Assembly (NCBI GenBank): GCA_048882385.1
Contig: JBHLRQ010000027.1
Location: 1 to 34,824, forward strand
From: Candidatus Thorarchaeota archaeon
GTDB lineage: Archaea > Asgardarchaeota > Thorarchaeia > Thorarchaeales > Thorarchaeaceae
Reading direction: 5' to 3'
Length of the DNA stretch: 34,824 bases
The position numbers and the translations under genes were made by a program. This document shows, one piece after another, positions 17,701 to 24,967 of the stretch. Within the stretch, counting starts at the first letter, position 1, and the number at the start of each line of letters is the position of its first letter. The notes beneath the pieces are model-generated. The model did no database searches and was not told the DNA's origin. It was given only the letters and a program-made list of their open reading frames with translations.

Positions 17701-19884
17701 GTGAAACATGAGCTCAATGAGATTGCATGGTACATCATTACTGGTATCCACAAAAATGTCGTATCTGCAAGTTCATCGAATACTCTTGATATAACTGAGG
17801 CTGTAAGATTAGCAAGTCTTTCCTATGTGATTGAATGCGTAAATCAGGAAAAATGGAGATTCTCTCAACTCTCGTATGAAGCAGAACGACTCGGTGTTTC
17901 ATACCATGCAATATCCAACATCATAGATAGTGGGTTGGATTCATTCAAAGGTCCGAAATTAACTGATCTCACTAGGCACGAACTTGTCATACTTCTTGGA
18001 CTAATTCATTCAATTGGCAGTTTTCATTTACCTCTTCATTACAGTCAAGGAACTGCACAGAGACCACTTGGAGCATACTACACACCTCAGCGTGTGGCAG
18101 ATTACATCGTTTCACTGACCCTGACTCCTACACTGACCAAACTTGCAGAGAGTGTACCCAAGAAGGGTGTGAAAGCAATAGATACCATATTGTCATTACG
18201 AACACTCGATCCAGCCTGTGGTACAGGTGTCTTTCTAGTTTCAGCTTTGAATGCATATGTTAATGCACTAGATAAAGGACTTCATCTTGCTCGTGAATCA
18301 CGAATTAGTCATGACCTTCTAGAATCTGAAGAAGTCACGAATTTCATTCCAAAACTTCGGACAAATCTGTATGGTGTAGATGTTGATGCTGGTGCTCTCG
18401 AAGTCACAGATGTGTCACTCCGATTATTATCGGGCTCTATGGATGAATCCTTTTATGGAACTAATCTTAAACAGGGCAACTCTCTTGTTTCGCTCAAAGG
18501 TTTTGATGGAAATCAATCACATAGTCATTATTTTTCAGATGCTGCATCCAGACTCCCGTTCGAGTGGTCTGAAGAGTTTGAGGATGTGTTGAAACGTGGT
18601 GGTTTTGATTTTGTTGTGATGAACCCACCATATGAGCGATTGAAACCAAATCTTGCTGAATTTTTGAGAGAGAGAATTATAACGGGAGATCGAGAAATCC
18701 ATCTTGAAGAGTTTAACACTTACAAACAACAAATGAATGAAGACCTTCAATATTTCCGACGATCGGGCGAGTACTGTCTTGGGAATAAATATTCAATTGA
18801 TACTCATCGACTCTTTATTGAAAGAGCCATTCAATTGTCTCGTGTAGGTGGCAACATCGGTTTCATTGTCCCATCAACAATACTCGGTGATTTGTCCTCA
18901 TCCCCCCTTCGAAGGTCTATTATCAAAGAAAATGAACTTAAAACGGTAAGTGACTTTCCTGAAACCTCAAGACTATTCGAAGGTGTAACACAATCTGTTT
19001 CTATTATCTCTCTTCAGAAAGGTGGGAAGACAACATCATTTAGAGCCCAATTTGGACTCGTGGATTTTGATAATATTTCAAACCATAGTAGTATGCAAAT
19101 TAAGATAGAGAAGATTGAGGATGCAGTCGGTCCACATCTTTCCATCCCCCAACTGAATGAGGGATGTTGGTCACTATTTGAAAAACTACACAAGCACCCA
19201 GCACTATCCACTGTTGAAGGCTACGATGTGAAGCGAGGAGAATTAGATCTAACTCTAAACAAGTCTTGTATCACTTCCAAAGAAACTGAATTTCAACTAA
19301 TTCGAGGATCTGATATTTCCCGCTATTCACTGATCACTAGATCAAAAAGACCCATTGAATATGTAGATGTTGAGAAACTTAGTGAAACATTAGGCTCTTC
19401 CTCTAGAATTAGTCATATCAATAAATCAAGAATCGCATGTCAACAGGTTTCAAATAGAACGCAAAGGTGGCGCTTGAAATTTACCAGTATACCAAAAGGT
19501 TTCGTTCTAGCAAATTCCTGCAATTATATAACCATAGAAGATGGAATTCCAAAGAGAAATTTGGTATTATTACAGACTGTTCTAAATTCAGAGTTAATGA
19601 ACTGGCGATTTGGGTTGACAAATACAAATAATCATGTATCTATTCAAGAACTATTTCAGCTTCCTATTCCCCGCGTTGAAAATATCTCGAAGTATGTATT
19701 CAATTCAGTAAGAACAGCGGTTAACTCAGTCCAGAATGGAAACATTGCTAAAGAATCTCTACTGGAAGCAATTGTCTTCTCTATCTATGGATTTTCACCA
19801 ACTGAAGCACGCACGATTTTAGAACTGAGAAAGACTCCTCAATTCGAGATTCAGGAGATTGTTGATACATTGCAAACCATGTAA
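17701..19884 (+). CDS. N6-adenine DNA methyltransferase (gamma class, Alw26I/Eco31I/Esp3I-type with TaqI-like TRD)
   Basis: GAYYTP, motif I LDPACGTGVF, YGVDVD, motif IV VMNPPY, GFIVPSTILGD, and C-terminal RGELDLT, CQQVSN...RLKF, LANSCNY, NNHVS. Confidence 0.9.
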   Translation: MKHELNEIAWYIITGIHKNVVSASSSNTLDITEAVRLASLSYVIECVNQEKWRFSQLSYEAERLGVSYHAISNIIDSGLDSFKGPKLTDLTRHELVILLGLIHSIGSFHLPLHYSQGTAQRPLGAYYTPQRVADYIVSLTLTPTLTKLAESVPKKGVKAIDTILSLRTLDPACGTGVFLVSALNAYVNALDKGLHLARESRISHDLLESEEVTNFIPKLRTNLYGVDVDAGALEVTDVSLRLLSGSMDESFYGTNLKQGNSLVSLKGFDGNQSHSHYFSDAASRLPFEWSEEFEDVLKRGGFDFVVMNPPYERLKPNLAEFLRERIITGDREIHLEEFNTYKQQMNEDLQYFRRSGEYCLGNKYSIDTHRLFIERAIQLSRVGGNIGFIVPSTILGDLSSSPLRRSIIKENELKTVSDFPETSRLFEGVTQSVSIISLQKGGKTTSFRAQFGLVDFDNISNHSSMQIKIEKIEDAVGPHLSIPQLNEGCWSLFEKLHKHPALSTVEGYDVKRGELDLTLNKSCITSKETEFQLIRGSDISRYSLITRSKRPIEYVDVEKLSETLGSSSRISHINKSRIACQQVSNRTQRWRLKFTSIPKGFVLANSCNYITIEDGIPKRNLVLLQTVLNSELMNWRFGLTNTNNHVSIQELFQLPIPRVENISKYVFNSVRTAVNSVQNGNIAKESLLEAIVFSIYGFSPTEARTILELRKTPQFEIQEIVDTLQTM

Positions 19885-19897
19885 TAGTAAGGCTTTC

Positions 19898-21163
19898 ATG
19901 CAAGGAACCAATCGAAATCTTGTGAATTCCATATCACTTGTTTCCATTGAGTCTCATATTAGAGAAGAAGCAGATGAGTTTCTCTATAATCATGTATGCT
20001 CTTCATTGAGCGCCCTTGATATGGAGATGGTTCGCTCAGTGCCCCCTGGAGGTAACTGGCAAGATATTCCTGATAAGGTAGTTGAGAAGTCAGCGCGTCT
20101 TACTCAGATACGAAAGTCTGGTGGTCGTACGACATACTACGGGAGACTCATGAACCATCTTCCTAGCTACACAATCAATACATACTTCAATCGTCCAGGA
20201 AACGGAACATTTGTTCATCCAAACCAAGACCGATTAATTTCAATGCGAGAAGCTGCACGATTACAATCCTTTCCGGATCATTATCGATTCTTGGGGAATT
20301 ACAGTTCAAGATACAAACAAATTGGAAACGCTGTCCCACCTCTTTTAGCCAGAGCAGTAGCAGACCAGCTACCTACAGGTTTCATCGTGGACATGTTCTC
20401 TGGTGCTGGAGGATTATCAGAAGGATTTGTCCAAGCTGGAAATAATGTTGTTTTGGCTACAGATGCAAATTCACACATGTGCCAAACCTACGCATACAAC
20501 CATCCTCAGACAAACGTTGTTCGTGCCAATGTTACTAATTCATCTCAATCAGATGATTTGATTGAGGAGATAGAGCGATCATTAATGGGTAGAACATTGA
20601 CTACTCTTGTTGGTGGTCCACCATGCCAGGGATTTTCAACAGCTGGAAGGTGGGTTCCAACTGATTCGAGAAACTCACTTGTTATGAGGATGTTGGATTT
20701 TGTGTCTTTACTTAGACCTGAGAGTGTAGTGATTGAGAATGTTCCAGGTATGAAATGGATGAATAAGGGTCAAACATTAAAATCGGTCATGAAACGACTT
20801 GAAGATGAAGAATACTCAGTATCTGTTCTTGATTTGAAAGCGGAAGAGTATGCAGTTCCTCAAAGAAGACGAAGGGTGTTTGTTGTTGCTAGAGTTAATG
20901 ATGAACCAATTACAGCTCCACAAGGAATACTAGCCTCATTACTAGGAGGAAGAAATCGCCAAGAATCAAGACTTAGCACTGACGAATTGCCCCCTCCTGT
21001 TAATGTTGCGGAAGCTGTATCAGATCTTCCTCTGTTAACTCCAGGGGGTGGCTTTGATAGAATCGAATACAATCCGAGATGGATAAAATCAGACTATCAA
21101 AGATTGATGAGAGGAAATCTGCATTTACAGGAATTCATCGCAAAGAGAGCCAAGCAACGTTGA
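19898..21163 (+). CDS. Circularly permuted C5-cytosine DNA methyltransferase
   Basis: Motif order TRD - IX (REAARLQSFPD) - X (YKQIGNAVPP) - I (DMFSGAGG) - IV (GGPPCQGFS) - VI (ENVPG) - VIII (QRRRRVF). The start is uncertain (TTG 19859 or ATG 19898). Confidence 0.92.
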   Translation: MQGTNRNLVNSISLVSIESHIREEADEFLYNHVCSSLSALDMEMVRSVPPGGNWQDIPDKVVEKSARLTQIRKSGGRTTYYGRLMNHLPSYTINTYFNRPGNGTFVHPNQDRLISMREAARLQSFPDHYRFLGNYSSRYKQIGNAVPPLLARAVADQLPTGFIVDMFSGAGGLSEGFVQAGNNVVLATDANSHMCQTYAYNHPQTNVVRANVTNSSQSDDLIEEIERSLMGRTLTTLVGGPPCQGFSTAGRWVPTDSRNSLVMRMLDFVSLLRPESVVIENVPGMKWMNKGQTLKSVMKRLEDEEYSVSVLDLKAEEYAVPQRRRRVFVVARVNDEPITAPQGILASLLGGRNRQESRLSTDELPPPVNVAEAVSDLPLLTPGGGFDRIEYNPRWIKSDYQRLMRGNLHLQEFIAKRAKQR

Positions 21164-21217
21164 TTAGTGAAGAATGATTGAACTATCCAAAGAGAGGTTA
21201 CTGGAGGAATCTTCAAG

Positions 21218-22915
21218 GTGATTGTGAGTGCCATTCTCTATGACCTACTTGGGTCAAAGGCATTAGCGTCTACTACATTCAGTCGTGACGCTATCTCTGA
21301 AGATTTTCTCCAAAGAGTCCTTGAAATCTACTATAAGCTAATCCAAGAGGATTCGGCACGAGACTTTGTCACAACCGAAATTGAAGATCGAGGTACCGTT
21401 TTGTCTAAGATAAGTGAAGTGACTTTGATTATAGGTGTCACTGACACTGGTACGATTCACGATAATGATATTGAGCGGATGAAGAGCTTCTCAGATGCTG
21501 TTGAAAAGCAAGTCGAACAATCATCTGTCAGAGAATTCAAAGATGATTTCGAACGTTTTGCAGAGGCGTTATTGAAAGAACGAATCCGAATTTGTTTTGT
21601 CACTTCCGAAGACCCATCGTTCGAAGACAAATCAGGCACTGCTGTTGACATGTTGTTTAGGACAAGAGGTCAAAGAGGCCGTGGATATACAGTCCCAGCT
21701 GCAATTGGTCCATTTGGTGTAGAAATAATGCGAATCTCATACGATTCAATAATCAAAACTAATTGGTCTGAAGACCTATCAAGTGCTGATGTATTTGGTT
21801 TGATTATCTCACCTCCTCTGCCAACAGCAGACCGAGTTGAACATGTCGTAATGCGGATTCGAGATGAATCCTCAGCAAAGCTGATTATAATTCCAGGATC
21901 TGATGATGAATTGGAACTTTCTAGAGAATATGAGGAACAATACGGTCTCGAGCTTTGTGATTCAGTTTCACCTAGACCTACAATCCTTCTACTCTCTGTT
22001 ATGGCTATAGCTGGATTCACCTACATGCACGCAGAGCTCGCGTTACAGAATTGGATTATTGATACTACTATCGATCAACTTTCATCAGATGATGAGCCGG
22101 AGGATGATGCTTTAGGTCATCAAGCCTTTTTTGTTGTAGACAAACGAACAGGCACTGCAGCTTATAGTTACTACTACGAAGAGAAATCGAGACTTCTTGA
22201 AATAGCACCGAATATTGTTGCTGCAATATCTGCCTTCAAGTTCGATCCAGCAAAACCAAACGAAACTTCTGTCTTCCAAGCAGGGGATCTCAATTACATT
22301 ACAATTGAACGTAATGATTATGTCTATACGCTAATCACTGGAAAGGATGCAAATGTGGAAGCACTTCGTGAACGATTTTCATTCTTGCCAGATCTTTTCA
22401 TGGATGAGGTTCCCGAGGTCGTCGAAAATCCCACAGATCTATTTCGGTCACCTCCTTTTACACTAAAACTACTGGCAACGCTTCCACATGAAGCAATTCC
22501 CGGGAGAATGGCTCCAACGCAATCAAGAGCGCTATTGTGGGAACGATTTGAGAATGCACCTGTTAGAGATTTCTTGGAAGCAGTTTGGAATAGATTGGAT
22601 GGCACACTCACAATGGCGAGGCTTGTTCCAGGAAAGGGTCCTGAAATGATGCTGGGGGCTATACACCTCTTAAACAGATTAGGAGCTATAAGGTTCGAAT
22701 TACGAATTGGACCTGATGACGCACCTATCTTGATTGGAGTTCCAGATGATGAGGTACTCTCATTATACTCACGTGTTGACGAGATTCTTGCACTTGTTGA
22801 TGGCAACAGGACAATAATCGATATTGCGAAAGAATTGGGTCTTCAACCCAGCGTTCTTGTTACAGTCTTTGCTGAACTTCATAGACGAGAAATAGTGACT
22901 ATTGATGAAGTGTAA
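21218..22915 (+). CDS. Longin / pseudo-GTPase / longin / tandem winged-helix protein (paralogue of the downstream gene)
   Basis: Collinear similarity to 23006..24967 but lacking GxxxxGKS, DxxG and NKxD. Two DG-x-T wH repeats at the C-terminus. GGAGG before the GTG start. Confidence 0.7.
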   Translation: MIVSAILYDLLGSKALASTTFSRDAISEDFLQRVLEIYYKLIQEDSARDFVTTEIEDRGTVLSKISEVTLIIGVTDTGTIHDNDIERMKSFSDAVEKQVEQSSVREFKDDFERFAEALLKERIRICFVTSEDPSFEDKSGTAVDMLFRTRGQRGRGYTVPAAIGPFGVEIMRISYDSIIKTNWSEDLSSADVFGLIISPPLPTADRVEHVVMRIRDESSAKLIIIPGSDDELELSREYEEQYGLELCDSVSPRPTILLLSVMAIAGFTYMHAELALQNWIIDTTIDQLSSDDEPEDDALGHQAFFVVDKRTGTAAYSYYYEEKSRLLEIAPNIVAAISAFKFDPAKPNETSVFQAGDLNYITIERNDYVYTLITGKDANVEALRERFSFLPDLFMDEVPEVVENPTDLFRSPPFTLKLLATLPHEAIPGRMAPTQSRALLWERFENAPVRDFLEAVWNRLDGTLTMARLVPGKGPEMMLGAIHLLNRLGAIRFELRIGPDDAPILIGVPDDEVLSLYSRVDEILALVDGNRTIIDIAKELGLQPSVLVTVFAELHRREIVTIDEV

Positions 22916-23005
22916 ACCATATACCCATAAGGTTCAAGAATGCTCAGAACGAGCAAGAAAAGTAGATAACACGATACAAAATACACTTTGTTTGGATGTG
23001 AGACC

Positions 23006-24967
23006 TTGATTCACAACGTTCTTCTAATCGAAAAGGCAAATGGAAACGTTGTAGTCAAGACTAGATTCTGGAAAATTGATTTCGAACAGAAAGATATCCT
23101 TGAGTTTCTTGCAGGATACAACGATCTTCAGTCAACTGAAGGACTTGCTGAGGATACACCAGTATTTGTTGCAGAGAAACACAAAGTCTTTCACGGTCCT
23201 GTTGATGCTGACATGCTCCTCCTCTTAGTTACTGATGGTCGCGATGAAGATAGGGCCATTCAACACAGAGTGCGAGAAGGTGCATCTAGAATCTCTACCT
23301 CTCTCAGAGGCAACAGCATCGGTTACATTCGTGACAATCTTGATGATATACTTGGAGAACTAATCTTCACTCATTTCAAGGTCTCATTCGTAGGGAGCGG
23401 TGGCGTTGGAAAGAGTACATTATTGCGACTACTCTTTGGAAAGGAACCTGCTCCTGGAGGATATGTTCCTACAATAAACGTAGCTGTAGACTCCTCTGAA
23501 ACAATACAGTTTGGAACCTTCTTGGTGACTGTCTGGGATTTCGCTGGGCAGGCTGTGTTTCAGGATCTCTGGAGCTTCTATTTCTCAGGAACTGATGTCA
23601 TCTTTCTGATTACCGACTCAAGTTTCAGGAATGTGATGCAGACAAAATCGCTGTTGCGTAACATCCGCAAGGAAGCGCCTGCAGTTCCACTCTTTATCAT
23701 TGCAAACAAACAAGACCTTCCTGAATCAATGAAGGCTGAAAAAATCAAGAGGCTTCTTGGAGCTCCAACCTTCGCAATGGTTGCAACAGATAAAACTCGA
23801 AGAGACGAATTCATTAGGCTCATGCTTGAGGTGTCCGCAAAGACAGTAGGTGTTCAACTTCCAGAGTTGCCTATTAGTGAGATGATAACAGTTAGGCGCG
23901 GCTCTGAAGAGATTGATCCCGGTCCACAAGCTCCGGGTCCTCGAGCTAGAACCGCTCAACCATCAGGTTATGAAAATGTTCCATATGACGAAAGTAGTAT
24001 TGAATCGATAAGTGAAACTCCTATTCCCAATGGCGAAGAAGCATTGGCTATCGCTGAATCTTCTGAAACTCCTATCCAAGCAACTACACAAAAACAGCAA
24101 ATGGTTGCTCAGGTGGTTCCAGATAAAGCCCGTATTCTTCACTTCTTACTTATTGTGCAGAGGGATGGTATGCCTGAAGTGGCCTTTCATCTGAAGTATG
24201 CTGATGATGAAATCGACAAGAATTCAGTGGCGTCTTTGATTTCAGCATTAGATTCCTTTGGGGGTATCGATGCTGAAGCAGGAAAGGACTCTTCATCTAT
24301 AGATGCTCTTGAAACTATTGAGCACGAAGGCAATCTGGTCATGGTCGAGAAATCCAAACACTTTGTTATGGCTCTGATCGTGACTAACGATGGTGATGAA
24401 GATGTCCAACGAAGTATTCTTACTTCTCTGCTCGTAGAAATTGAACAAAGATACGCGGATGTTTGGGATTCATGGGACGGGAATGCCTCAATCTTTGAAA
24501 CTTCTGTATTTGAAGTTTTGACAAGACTTCCATTGAAGCCCATAAGTTTTGATTATATTGTTCGTTCAAGAGAAGCTGGAAAGCCACTGCCTTTTGAGAA
24601 TCGCGAAGTTGGTGCTGCTGTGGTAGCAGTCAAGAGTGCAATTGAGACTAATGAGACAATTGGTGGTCTTGTTCGGAGTGTCGACCTGCCTCGCGATACT
24701 GTTCTAGGCTGTCTTCAAATCATGAATCAATTCGGATGGATTGATTTCAAGGTCGAGATTGGTCCAGAAAGTCATCTTAGGAAAAAGGGCGATGTGGATG
24801 AAGAGACACAGAAAGCCTATGGAGCAGTGGTTGTGAAATTCGTTGATCTTTGTGATGGTACCATTCCTATGCAGGATGTAGTGAGAAAACTCAATGTTAG
24901 TCTGCCAGCAATGAAATTTGTTGCTACCAAGCTAGTTCTTGATGGAGTCCTAGAAGTCGTAGCATGA
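23006..24967 (+). CDS. Multidomain Ras-superfamily small GTPase: longin - GTPase - linker - longin - tandem winged helix
   Basis: G1 GSGGVGKST, G2 YVPT, G3 WDFAGQ, G4 NKQD. Longin-like IHNVLLIEKANG... and ILHFLLIVQRDG...LISALDSF. Probable start TTG 23006 (track start 22988). Confidence 0.88.
   Translation: MIHNVLLIEKANGNVVVKTRFWKIDFEQKDILEFLAGYNDLQSTEGLAEDTPVFVAEKHKVFHGPVDADMLLLLVTDGRDEDRAIQHRVREGASRISTSLRGNSIGYIRDNLDDILGELIFTHFKVSFVGSGGVGKSTLLRLLFGKEPAPGGYVPTINVAVDSSETIQFGTFLVTVWDFAGQAVFQDLWSFYFSGTDVIFLITDSSFRNVMQTKSLLRNIRKEAPAVPLFIIANKQDLPESMKAEKIKRLLGAPTFAMVATDKTRRDEFIRLMLEVSAKTVGVQLPELPISEMITVRRGSEEIDPGPQAPGPRARTAQPSGYENVPYDESSIESISETPIPNGEEALAIAESSETPIQATTQKQQMVAQVVPDKARILHFLLIVQRDGMPEVAFHLKYADDEIDKNSVASLISALDSFGGIDAEAGKDSSSIDALETIEHEGNLVMVEKSKHFVMALIVTNDGDEDVQRSILTSLLVEIEQRYADVWDSWDGNASIFETSVFEVLTRLPLKPISFDYIVRSREAGKPLPFENREVGAAVVAVKSAIETNETIGGLVRSVDLPRDTVLGCLQIMNQFGWIDFKVEIGPESHLRKKGDVDEETQKAYGAVVVKFVDLCDGTIPMQDVVRKLNVSLPAMKFVATKLVLDGVLEVVA

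Noticed and set aside
22324-22806. 160-aa antisense ORF, representative of the many short overlapping ORFs in the track
   Set aside because: These are shadow frames of well-supported genes, typically Ser/Ile-rich and without motifs or SD sites.
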